Origin: Chlamydiales bacterium
GTDB taxonomy: Bacteria; Chlamydiota; Chlamydiia; Chlamydiales; JAAZZY01
Reading direction: 5' to 3'
Length of the DNA stretch: 24,077 bases
Assembly (NCBI GenBank): GCA_965206695.1
Contig: CBDBKM010000004.1
Coordinates: 1 to 24,077 of the forward strand
The translations under genes and the position numbers were made by a program. The notes under the pieces were generated by a model, which was given only the letters and a program-made list of their open reading frames with translations, did not search any database and was not told the DNA's origin. Shown here piece after piece: positions 8,747 through 17,753 of this stretch (position 1 is the stretch's first letter; each line of letters opens with the position of its first letter).

Positions 8747-8864
8747 AGATCCAAAAGATAGGAATAGCATACAAAATATGAGAATTAATACGAATACGAA
8801 ACAACGCTTTAATCGAGACGCTCCCATCCCAATGCTAAAGGAACGGATTTCTCGCTTACTTGTC
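8565..8864 (-). mobile_element. 300-bp non-autonomous IS200/IS605 derivative (copy C): left end + omegaRNA-like region + right end, with no tnpA or tnpB
   Basis: Minus strand begins TTTAT|GACAAGTAAGCGAGAAATCC..CTTTAGCATTGGGATGGGAGCGTC. 8700-8745 matches the tnpB-terminal block of copies A and B (TGATCTCCAAAGGCTTAA). Ends CCTTCCTTTGAAGGTTGGGAGCTGTCAC. Confidence 0.8.
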
Positions 8865-9022
8865 ATAAATAATTTAACTTGACAGTTCATTGGAGCATCA
8901 AGATCTAGAAACATCCCTACATCTTCTTCCTTTTTAGAAAAGCCCACTGCAAATAACTCAGAAGCAAGATTTTTAGGAGCATCATTTTTAATGGAAGTAC
9001 TTTCAATTTATCATGATAGATT

Positions 9023-9556
9023 TTATTCTACTCCGAGTTGTATGGGCCGTCTAAGTTCATAGATTAAAACATCGAATCCATAAAAAATCGTTTTTTTCAA
9101 AGGATAAAAACCGGCTTTTTTAGCTACAGAGACGCTACGAATATTCTTTTCATCTATAATAGCGATTAAACTATCAAAATCAAAAGCGTCCCAAGCATAG
9201 TCTCGAATAGCTTTCACCGCTTCAGTTGCAAGACCTTTTCTCCAATATCGAGATGCAAGCCGATAAGCTAATTCTATCCTTTCATCATCACCTATTTGCT
9301 GATTAATCAGCCCGGCAAACCCGACAAGCGTTTGATCCGATTTATCGATAAGAGCTAAAAAACCATGACCATATTTTTCATAGTGCCCAATGATACGCTC
9401 TTCATAATATTTTCCGGCTTCTTCTTTACTGATGGCTCCTTTTAAAGAAAATTCCATAACTTGTGGATCCGATAGCATCGAAAATAACTCTTCGAAATCA
9501 GCATCAACAAATTTTCTAATATTTAAGCGACTAGTCGTTAATGGCAATGTATACAT
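9023..9556 (-). CDS. GNAT family N-acetyltransferase, RimJ/RimL-like
   Basis: LTTSRLNIR, DPQVMEF, VGFAGL, ELAYRLASRYWRKGLATEA, NIRSVSVAKKAGF motifs. Confidence 0.92.
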   Translation of the reverse strand: MYTLPLTTSRLNIRKFVDADFEELFSMLSDPQVMEFSLKGAISKEEAGKYYEERIIGHYEKYGHGFLALIDKSDQTLVGFAGLINQQIGDDERIELAYRLASRYWRKGLATEAVKAIRDYAWDAFDFDSLIAIIDEKNIRSVSVAKKAGFYPLKKTIFYGFDVLIYELRRPIQLGVE

Positions 9557-9778
9557 CTAAATGAAGAGTTATTAATTTTGCAAAATTGAGAAGCTTTTTT
9601 TTGCAACCTGTCTATTGTAAGTTACAAGCCCTTATTCGAATATCTTCGGTATCTTTAAGCCAATTCCTGTTTAATTTCAATAATATATCGATTATAAAGC
9701 CCCTTTCTTATCATTTTCTTGACAACATCGAACAACCCATCCAAGATGTTTATCTTAAATATGAGATAGATTCATTTT

Positions 9779-10720
9779 ATGAAAGAGGATCATATTATAA
9801 TGTTGCGTGTTATTTTGTGTTTAATTTGTATTTTCATTTGTCTTAACAATCACCTGCCGGCTACTGACGTTGTGCCAGCAACAACCTCTTCCGGTTTAAC
9901 TAGCGTAACAGATAGAAATCCATATCGGGACTTTTGCGTCTCGGCAGTAAACGATCCAAATGTTTTTAAAAACTTTAAAAAATCTCCTATTATTATCGGA
10001 GTAATGCAACATGTAACAAAAAATGATGGTGTAGCGTTCACAAGCTATATCTCAGAAAACTATCCTCATTTTATTTCAAAAATGAAAATGTTTAGAGAAA
10101 ATGATCGTCTCGGAAATCCAAAAACTTTTAAATATAAGCAATTTGGACGAGTATCTCCTACCAATTTAAGATATATCAAAATAGCCGGAGATATAGAAAG
10201 TCAATTCGGAAACTTGGATGGTTGTAAAGTCATTGAAATCGGAGGTGGCTATGGTGGACAATGTAAAATCTTATCAGATCTTTTTGATCTTGAGCAATAT
10301 ACCATTGTAGATCTTCCTGAAGCTTTAGCATTAGCCAAAAAATATCTCGACACGTTAAATGTTAAAAACGTACGTTTTTTAACTCCTGAAGAAGTTAAAA
10401 TAGAAGAATATGATCTTGTGATTAGCAACTATGCTTTTTCAGAATGTAATCGCTCTATTCAAAATAACTATTTAGAGAAAATATTAACTCACTCACATCA
10501 TGGATATATGATCTGTAATGTTATAAATGCATGTGAACCGGAAAACTTTAGACAAGCTGAACTCGTAGGCATCCTTGAAAAACAATATAACCATGACCCT
10601 AGCATCCTACCGGAAGAACCTGGAACTCACCCCAAAAATTACCTTCTTATTTGGCATCAAAAAAATATTAATTCTCAAAAAGAGATGACTATCTCAAATG
10701 CTTTAGAAATGATTCAATAA
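9779..10720 (+). CDS. Class I SAM-dependent methyltransferase (putative sugar O-methyltransferase type) with an N-terminal signal/anchor
   Basis: NDRLGNP, SPTNLRY, SAM motif VIEIGGGYGG, YTIVDLPE, DLVISNYAFSEC. Hydrophobic N-terminus MLRVILCLICIFICL (start may be 9800). Confidence 0.85.
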   Translation: MKEDHIIMLRVILCLICIFICLNNHLPATDVVPATTSSGLTSVTDRNPYRDFCVSAVNDPNVFKNFKKSPIIIGVMQHVTKNDGVAFTSYISENYPHFISKMKMFRENDRLGNPKTFKYKQFGRVSPTNLRYIKIAGDIESQFGNLDGCKVIEIGGGYGGQCKILSDLFDLEQYTIVDLPEALALAKKYLDTLNVKNVRFLTPEEVKIEEYDLVISNYAFSECNRSIQNNYLEKILTHSHHGYMICNVINACEPENFRQAELVGILEKQYNHDPSILPEEPGTHPKNYLLIWHQKNINSQKEMTISNALEMIQ

Positions 10721-10801
10721 ATGCATCTTCATGGGAAACTGCAAGGACGCAGTTGACCCACAAGTCTCGGTTGCGGCCGGCACACAGAGAGACGTAAAGC
10801 G

Positions 10802-11374
10802 CTTTAATTATATTGCAACAAGAGAAGGAGAGACAGTAGATTCTCCTGGGGTATTAAGAAAAAACTTAAGAAAACTTAAAACAAAAAGTAGACGTTTTTT
10901 TTAAAAAAACAAGCGTTCTAAAAATAGATTAAAAGCACGTAAAAGGCTTGAAAAACTTCATGTGCGAATAGCCGATAAGAGGCAAGACTTTTTGCGCAAA
11001 TTGAGTACGACTATTGTTAAGAAACACCAAATGGTGGCAATAGAAGATCTGTCTGTGCGTGGAATGATGTCCGACAAAAAGTTAAGTCGATCGATCGGGG
11101 ACGCATCTTGGGATGCGTTCCGCCGACAACTTAAGTATAAATCTAATTGATATAAAAGAGATTTGATGCTTGCTAATCCAAGAAATACGAGTAAAGCGTG
11201 TTCGAGGTGTGGGTTTGTACTCAATGATCCGATTCTTAAAATGGCGCCGCTAGACATATTTTAGCCACTTGTGGAGCGTCATATAAGCCGAACGTAACCG
11301 CTTAGCGGTAACGATCGGGACGTGTGAAAACAGAAAAAGCGCAATGAGAAAACCCGAACGATGCGGGTAGTTGA
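10802..11374 (+). pseudogene. tnpB: tnpB relic of a second, divergent IS200/IS605 family, with probable right-end hairpin
   Basis: SKNRLKARKRLEKLHVRIADKRQDFLRKLSTTIV..VAIEDLSVRGM..SIGDASW..LKYKSN*Y..PRNTSKACSRCG..TCGASY, with stops. GAGAAAACCCG-AACGATG-CGGGTAGTTGA at 11346-11374 resembles an IS605 right end. Confidence 0.85.
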
Positions 11375-11418
11375 GTGAATCAACGGTTTCAAATGTTAGC
11401 CGCCGTCTCCGAATACAC

Positions 11419-12180
11419 TTAGTTTTTAATGAAAATAGAATTGAACGAAAGGTGGCATGTTTCAGGAAATTGTAAATGCGTTTTTTTTTCTAACTCATCT
11501 ATGCTAACACGATAATTTTGAAAATTGGAAACCTCTTTATTGGGTACTAACCAACACTCTATAGTATTATAATTCTGTTCAATGTCTCGATACAAAAAGA
11601 CTTTGAAAAAATGAGTAGGAACAGCTACTTCATTACCAATGACCGGATAACACATCATCTTTTGACCGCTTTTTGATATTTCCGATAAAAAAGCAGGACC
11701 TGTTATGATAAAGCCCTCTCCTCCATTATATAGAATTTTTTCCCGTATATAGATTTCCAACGCTTTCCATTGTTTTCTATTAAGTTGGGGATCTTGAGGT
11801 GCTATATTAGAAAAGTAAAACGTGTCATTCATTAATTGTTGATCCCACTTCTGATTCGCCAAAGAAGCCATATGTCCTCGATCATATCCGGAGCACCTAT
11901 AATCTTTATCCACGGATCTTGAGGGTAAGTAGATCAAAACATCTGTTTTAAATCTTCTTGGCTTTTCCGCATTTCCTTGTAAAGTTTCAGAAGTGATATA
12001 TTCTAAAACCCATCTAAGTTGTTTATTTTGACTTGAGTAAAGTAAAGTATAACCTTCTCTTTCTATTAACTGTTCACTTTGAGGATAAAAATCTCTTATA
12101 TTTGCAAAAAGGATATGACATCCGAACAGAATAACGATAAAAAAAAGCGAAAGTATTTTCCTTTTCATAAACACAACCAT
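11419..12180 (-). CDS. DNA/RNA non-specific endonuclease (NucA/EndoG family), exported
   Basis: Signal peptide MKRKILSLFFIVILFGCHILFA. SGYDRGHMA catalytic motif, TFYFSNIAPQ..LN..WKALE, IITGP, VAVPTHFFKV, SIDELEKKT. Confidence 0.95.
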   Translation of the reverse strand: MVVFMKRKILSLFFIVILFGCHILFANIRDFYPQSEQLIEREGYTLLYSSQNKQLRWVLEYITSETLQGNAEKPRRFKTDVLIYLPSRSVDKDYRCSGYDRGHMASLANQKWDQQLMNDTFYFSNIAPQDPQLNRKQWKALEIYIREKILYNGGEGFIITGPAFLSEISKSGQKMMCYPVIGNEVAVPTHFFKVFLYRDIEQNYNTIECWLVPNKEVSNFQNYRVSIDELEKKTHLQFPETCHLSFNSIFIKN

Positions 12181-12398
12181 TCACTAAGTCTTAGTAACAT
12201 ATTATTAAATATATTCCTTGTCATAAATGATAAGGAATATACTTTCCAATAACTTTTAGGTGTGTTTTAGATAATACAAACACCTAAAACAATAAGATTC
12301 TAGTGAAAATATGCCTTTATTTAATCATATTACTGACTCTTATCTCTTTACTAAGGGATATTATTTGCTGATACACCTACCTCATCCATCCGCTGATT

Positions 12399-12578
12399 AT
12401 GTCCCATTATGTGAATATTGCAAGCACATCAGATTCTAACCAATTCGAATTTAGCTTAGCGCCGGCTTTCGATTATATTTTTAATGAAAACCTATCCATA
12501 TCAGCAGATGTTTGGTTCACTGTTATTGAACGACATAAACATCCTAGTTTTAATTTTAATTATCAGAGCAATGTTTAA
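12399..12578 (+). pseudogene. Possible C-terminal fragment of an outer-membrane beta-barrel protein
   Basis: 59-codon ORF with amphipathic strands QFEFSLAPAFDYIFNENLSISADVWFTV. No N-terminal part is visible. Confidence 0.4.
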
Positions 12579-12823
12579 AAGCAAGCAGCCTTTTATTTTT
12601 AACGATATAAGAGTTCAAGTTCTCAGCATCCGTTCATTTTTTTAATATTATGCTTAATAAGAAAACTATTTTATGTTACATTGATAGGACATAAGTATTA
12701 GTCACATTGTTATTGGCTAATTGCTGTATGTATTTTTTAAATTACTTTTCAACACTTCATTTCATTGGCTCTTTAGAGAACACCATGATGAGTTTGAAAA
12801 TAAATTAACCTAAGGAGTTAATT

Positions 12824-13081
12824 ATGAAACTATTTGTGGGGAGTCTCCCATTTGATTTAACCGAAGATGAGTTAAAAGAATTATTTGAACAATATGGTCC
12901 GGTTAACAGCGTAAGAATCGTTGTTGATCGTGACACTAAGCGCTCTCGAGGCTTCGGTTTTGTTGAGATGTCTAATCAAGACGATGGGAAAAAAGCAATG
13001 GATGAGCTAAATGGTTCAAACCTTAATGGTCGTTCTATTGTAGTCAATGCCGCTCATGAAAACGAGCGTCGTCGTCGTTAA
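12824..13081 (+). CDS. Single-RRM RNA-binding protein
   Basis: RNP2 LFVGSL and RNP1 RGFGFVEM. RBS AAGGAG at 12812-12817. Confidence 0.96.
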   Translation: MKLFVGSLPFDLTEDELKELFEQYGPVNSVRIVVDRDTKRSRGFGFVEMSNQDDGKKAMDELNGSNLNGRSIVVNAAHENERRRR

Positions 13082-13123
13082 TTAACTGAATTATATATTA
13101 TTTATTTAATATACATGTCTGAC

Positions 13124-13174
13124 AGAAAACCGACTATTTAAATCTTTTTTTAATATAGTCGGTTTTCTTTGTTT
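13124..13174 (+). terminator. Intrinsic terminator after the RRM gene
   Basis: 14-bp stem AGAAAACCGACTAT / ATAGTCGGTTTTCT (13124-13168) followed by TTGTTT. Confidence 0.75.
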
Positions 13175-13290
13175 AAGTCTCTACTTACCCAACTCCCTTG
13201 TTACTTGAGGTCTGACATAATTTTCTTGAATATGATCCCGCGCTTCATCCCAAACTAGCTTGCCTATCACCTTGTAGTGATCCCCATGAA

Positions 13291-13543
13291 TGCAACCTTA
13301 AAAAGGGAGAAATATTTCAATACATATTTATTCTATGCTGCAGTTTCCTTAAACTGTCTTTCAAAATTAATAGGTGTTTGATATCCCAACGCTGAGTGCC
13401 AATAAAAGCTGTTATATGTGTCAATCCATTGATGCAGCTCATTACTTAATACATCAATATTTGCAATATTTGGCCCTTCCTTTAACTAAATAAGTTCTTC
13501 TTTTATCGTTCTTATCATTTGTTCAGTTTCAGTATTACCTTTA
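13291..13543 (-). pseudogene. IS3-family transposase C-terminal relic
   Basis: Manual translation KGNTETEQMIRTIKEELI*L..WIDTYNSFYWHSALGYQTPINFE..AA*, an integrase-core C-terminus (YN..HSALGY.TP). Possible ...CA end at 13291. Confidence 0.75.
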
Positions 13544-13547
13544 GAAA

Positions 13548-13653
13548 ACCTCTGCATAACTTATTGATTTAGTCGTCGAAAAATATATTTATAATGTCTT
13601 TAACTTACATCTGAAGGTTCGATTGTGATTAAAAATGTAAGTTATGCAGAGGT
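13548..13653. mobile_element. ~106-bp MITE-like element
   Basis: Perfect 16-bp inverted repeats ACCTCTGCATAACTTA (13548-13563) / TAAGTTATGCAGAGGT (13638-13653) around an AT-rich non-coding core. Abuts the truncation point of the IS3 relic. Confidence 0.7.
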
Positions 13654-13861
13654 CTTATCAAGGATCTTCTGAATTTAAAAAGTTACCGATTTACTCTCTT
13701 TTGCAATAGGTATTAGTATGTAGATGTAATAATATCAAAGCTTACAAAGTGTCCGTTGTAAGTATTGCGCACTATCGCATGGTAATGGTAAATTCTTAGC
13801 TTTACAAAACATTTCAAATATGAGAAGTTTGTGACCATATATGATCTTTTAACATGTTATT

Positions 13862-14644
13862 ATGTCACAAAAAATTTTATCTTTTTCCGAACGCTCAAAT
13901 CTAACTTCTAATCCAACAGCCAAAGATTTATTTAATCTGATGGAAGCCAAAGAAACTAATTTGTGTTTAGCCGCTGATGTCACTTATAAAAAAGAACTTC
14001 TTCATCTTGCCGATACGTTAGGACCTGATCTATGCCTTCTAAAAACTCATATCGATATCATTCAAGATTTTGATTCCGATCTGATTTATCAACTTCGACT
14101 TTTAAGTGAAAAACATAAATTTTTAATTTTTGAAGATAGAAAATTCGCTGACATTGGAAACACGGTACTCAAACAATATGCTTCAGGGATCTATCATATT
14201 GCTGATTGGGCTCATATCATTAATGCTCATACCGTCGTTGGACCCGGTATTATTGAAGGTCTTCAAAGTGTTGGATTACCTCTTGGTAGAGGCTTATTAT
14301 TACTTGCACAAATGAGTTCAAAAGGAAGTCCGGCTAAAGAGGAATATACTAAATATTCAGTTGAATTAGCTAAACAATACAAAGACTTTGTTATGGGGTT
14401 CATTGCTATGGAAAAATTAATCGATGACCCTGTTTTTATTCATATGACTCCGGGAGTTCAATTACAAGAAGGTAGTGATTCTTTTGGCCAGCAATATAAT
14501 ACACCTAATAATGTCATTGCTATAGCAGGATCCGATGTGATTATAGTTGGCCGGGGTATTTATTCTTCAGATAATATAAATAAAAGCACCCGCTTATACC
14601 GTAAAGCCGGCTGGAAAGCTTATTTAAAACGCCTATCCCTTTGA
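13862..14644 (+). CDS. pyrF: Orotidine-5'-phosphate decarboxylase, URA3/UMPS (eukaryote-like) type
   Basis: [18 protein letters not shown], active-site [47 protein letters not shown]. Confidence 0.96.
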   Translation: MSQKILSFSERSNLTSNPTAKDLFNLMEAKETNLCLAADVTYKKELLHLADTLGPDLCLLKTHIDIIQDFDSDLIYQLRLLSEKHKFLIFEDRKFADIGNTVLKQYASGIYHIADWAHIINAHTVVGPGIIEGLQSVGLPLGRGLLLLAQMSSKGSPAKEEYTKYSVELAKQYKDFVMGFIAMEKLIDDPVFIHMTPGVQLQEGSDSFGQQYNTPNNVIAIAGSDVIIVGRGIYSSDNINKSTRLYRKAGWKAYLKRLSL

Positions 14645-15523
14645 TTGCTCTATCTTATCCTTGGCTATTAGAACATTTAAATTTCTCAGTAATAACTTTT
14701 TATCTTTTAAAATCATTTCAATAGCCTCTATTGCTACATCTTTTGATAGATCTTGCATCATTTGATTTAACTGCGCGGTTAAATTTCTTAATTTTTCTTC
14801 GTATTCTGTTATTTCATTTTGAGTGAACTGCACCATGATTTTGATTCCTGTGATATACTCAACTCGCTTAGCAGAAAAAATCTTAGACAGTTGGAAATAT
14901 TTTTTCGCTGTCATATATATATAAAAGCTCTCTTTTGTTTGACCTTCTTCCAAAGTAATCGAATCTAAAATCTTTTTATGCATCTCATTTAATCGTTCAA
15001 GTTCATTTGCTAAATCACCAAGGTGTTGTTTTAGCTCTAAACGCTCTTGAGCCAGTTTTTCAAATCTTAAATATTCAGATGAATGGTTAACTCCTTCTTC
15101 ATGCTTGACTCTTAGAAACTTTAATTCGAAAGCTTGGACTTGTTTAAGAATAGGAATCCCTTTTTTTAAAGCCTCGAATTTATTTTTCTCATTTTCAATT
15201 AGAGGATCCTCTTCTTGCAACTCTTCCATCTCCTTCATAAAGTATGAAATAGCCCTATCAAGCAACTCATTCAATTTGGAGTAAAATTCGATCGACTCTG
15301 CAAATTCAACACCGTTTAAATATTTCTCTAGCTCTAAAGCTTCACCGATCATCTTCGGAGATGCCGAATCAATAAAATTTTCTATGAACAATTGATAGAT
15401 ACTACTAGTTTCGTCCTCTTCTAATGGCAAAGCTAACCTTTTAGAAAAATGCTGAATAAGCTCCTTTTGACTATACCAATAGGCTCGGGTATCTTCATCA
15501 TCTGAGACTTGATCATCATCCAT
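14633..15523 (-). CDS. Hypothetical acidic coiled-coil protein
   Basis: 296-aa E/K/L-rich helical ORF with AGGAAG upstream. Its 3' end overlaps pyrF by 12 nt. Confidence 0.8.
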   Translation of the reverse strand: MDDDQVSDDEDTRAYWYSQKELIQHFSKRLALPLEEDETSSIYQLFIENFIDSASPKMIGEALELEKYLNGVEFAESIEFYSKLNELLDRAISYFMKEMEELQEEDPLIENEKNKFEALKKGIPILKQVQAFELKFLRVKHEEGVNHSSEYLRFEKLAQERLELKQHLGDLANELERLNEMHKKILDSITLEEGQTKESFYIYMTAKKYFQLSKIFSAKRVEYITGIKIMVQFTQNEITEYEEKLRNLTAQLNQMMQDLSKDVAIEAIEMILKDKKLLLRNLNVLIAKDKIEQSKG

Positions 15524-15650
15524 GCTATCTTCCTATACGATGCTTTATAGATACCCTTATAAATAGAATCTATGGAAAATCAAGATAATAAATGTTTAGA
15601 AAACAATAGTTGGATTTTTAGCTCGCAATTGAGATAGGTATTGGTAAACT

Positions 15651-16518
15651 TTAGAAAGTGACAGATCCTTGTTGAAATATTTGAGAGGCATCCCCATCAT
15701 AATTTGGGGGTCGATGTTTCAGTGCAACAATGACACCACGATCTTGGTTTTGAAAAAACTTCTCTAATAATGATTGCCTCATTGCCTGTAAGAATTCTTT
15801 AGCAGTACCTTGAAAAAGAGTTTCAACCTCATCAGGTTCAATCCCTTTGATCCCTAATTCCATATTATCAAGAGGTCGTTCGAACTCTTCTTGTGTAGCT
15901 CTTAGCTCTTGTGCGTTTTTATTAGAATCTTGGAATCGTTCTATTTTACTTGCAAGTTCTACCATTTCGTTGATATATCTAGACTCAAAAGTTCCATAGA
16001 ATCGTTTATCTGTTGCTAGGTCATTTAAAGCTTGTAGAATCATCGTAATTACCTTGCCTTTAAGCCGCTATAACTTCAGCCTCTAGGGACTTCAATTCTG
16101 TATTGGCTGATTTAATAACTTCCATAACTTGTGCTAGGTTTCCTTTCAGTCGATTGATATGTAGTTTTTCCATATCACATTTCGCTATCTGTTTTTTTCC
16201 TTCGAATAAAAGGAGTCTATCTTCTGAATTAGACAACATATCACGGAAACTAGCCTCACTATATTCAAGGCTCTGAATCTTCTCATGCATATGAGCTATC
16301 TTTTCAGCGATCGGATCTTTCGCTAAATAGGCCGCATGCTGCCAAAATTCATAGCCTCTATTGATAGCGAATCGAAATCTACGCTGACCTAAATATCGTA
16401 TTGAAGGCTTAGGAACATTAGGAATATAATGCTCTAGGTTTGCTATTGATTTATCAACTACAACCTTCCTGGCATCAAGACCTTTGGTATTTTTAACTAT
16501 ATCGCGATTTATTTTCAT
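15651..16518 (-). pseudogene. Hypothetical coiled-coil protein split by a 1-nt frameshift (ORFs 16060-16518 and 15651-16043)
   Basis: Junction reads ATA GCG GCT TAA A GGC AAG GTA ATT ACG ATG. Deleting one G gives a continuous IALKGKVITMILQAL and a ~288-aa product. Confidence 0.6.
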
Positions 16519-16565
16519 TTAACTACTTATTGTTTAATTAACAGCGTTCCTTCTTTCTTGCTTAT

Positions 16566-16594
16566 ATTATAGCATATAATCAATTATTATTCAA
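16566..16594 (-). promoter_or_regulatory. Strong sigma70/sigma66-type promoter with extended -10
   Basis: Minus strand TTGAAT, 17-nt spacer ending in TGC, then TATAAT, about 48 nt upstream of the ATG at 16518. Confidence 0.6.
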
Positions 16595-16671
16595 TTAAAC
16601 AATTGATTTAACAATTAACTAAAAATCTATTTACTATTTCGCAATTGGTTTATTATAAGTATATTGATTAT

Positions 16672-17667
16672 TTATGAGAGTAAATATTGAAGATCTTGAT
16701 AAAAATTAAGAGCTGATTTGGGAATCGAATAACCTTTTATAAATTTTTTAAAGCCATTTAAAGCGACCTCTTCTCGTTGTTCTGAACATTTTAAATATTC
16801 TTCGATTTTGTTATTTAAGTTGCTCATATTAAATGCGATATAGTCTAATCCTTCTTCTAAGTCCGCATGAGGCAGTAACTTAATAGGAATAATAGAATCA
16901 TGAGCAAGCATCAAAGACCCTGCATTCAAACTATACAGATGTCTAAAGGTCCCTTCTCCATAACCCGGAGCATTTACTGAAATTTTAACTCTTCTTAAGT
17001 AGATTTGATAAGCATGTTTGTTCTTATCAAGGTCCACTATAAAGCGGTCTTTACACCCCTCTAAAACTTTGAATATTTCAGGTCTAATAGGATGAGTTTG
17101 AAGGCCGACGCAATAAGATAAGTCAATTTCCTTCTTCTGAATTTTTGGCTTAATCATCTGAGTAGGATGCGTTGTGTAAGCAATAACATTATAATTTTTG
17201 ATAAAATCGACATGAGGCGCATTTTTTATACGAGGAATGGTTTTGTCATTAAATCTTTTATAGGTATCAAAAGATCCACTCGCATGTGCATCAAATAATA
17301 TTTTCGGCTTTTGAAATTTATAAAAATATTCATCACTTTTTTCATTATGCCCTTGTTCACACGACCATGTCTGATAAATTAAAAGATCAAAAGCATCTGT
17401 CTGAACTTTTGAAAAGTCGTTGATTGAAATAGCCGTAACTTTTATGAGATTCTTGACCTCCAAGTAACGTAACATTTGAATAAGATAAGGAACATTACAT
17501 CCCCTATCTTTTACAAAAAGAATCATTGGTCGCTTATTAGAGCCTCTGCTATTTTTTATTTTATTAAATAGTAGAACATTTTCATCTAAAGTATGAGCTG
17601 CTTTAGCTAGGAGCTTCATCTTAATTTTCTCAAAGGAATCGGCTATTCTACGACGAAAAATAAACAT
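16672..17667 (-). CDS. Glycosyltransferase (GT-B, CgeB/Glyco_trans_1_2-like C-terminal domain)
   Basis: YQIYLRRVKISVNAPGYGEGTFRH..AGSLML..LEEGLDYIAF..REEVALNG pattern. Confidence 0.75.
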   Translation of the reverse strand: MFIFRRRIADSFEKIKMKLLAKAAHTLDENVLLFNKIKNSRGSNKRPMILFVKDRGCNVPYLIQMLRYLEVKNLIKVTAISINDFSKVQTDAFDLLIYQTWSCEQGHNEKSDEYFYKFQKPKILFDAHASGSFDTYKRFNDKTIPRIKNAPHVDFIKNYNVIAYTTHPTQMIKPKIQKKEIDLSYCVGLQTHPIRPEIFKVLEGCKDRFIVDLDKNKHAYQIYLRRVKISVNAPGYGEGTFRHLYSLNAGSLMLAHDSIIPIKLLPHADLEEGLDYIAFNMSNLNNKIEEYLKCSEQREEVALNGFKKFIKGYSIPKSALNFYQDLQYLLS

Positions 17668-17753
17668 GATAGGATATGATTTAACTTAATTAGAAAAATA
17701 AAATTATCTACTAAAAAGCTCTTTTTGTAAATCTTTCAAAAAAATAAAATTAT

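Noticed and set aside
8723..9005. ORF 8723-8947 and its upstream frame (PKNLASELFAVGFSKKEEDVGMFLDL)
   Set aside because: Most of the ORF runs through the mini-element left end. The upstream part may be a GNAT gene fragment but is too short to call.
712..11374. TnpB fragments as an active or domesticated Cas12-like/TldR system
   Set aside because: All three coding relics are truncated and carry stops, frameshifts or insertions. No intact TnpB is encoded in this window.
11287..11401. Possible integron attC site (GCCGAAC...GTTAGCC) next to the nuclease gene
   Set aside because: R/L box spacing is wrong and the interior is not palindromic. The left part translates as the decayed TnpB end and the rest fits an IS605 right end. 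The tyrosine recombinase in the window is XerC-like, not IntI.
13741..13780. Small hairpins upstream of pyrF as a PyrR-type attenuator
   Set aside because: CTTACAA/TTGTAAG pairs, but there is no PyrR-binding consensus or terminator U-tract.
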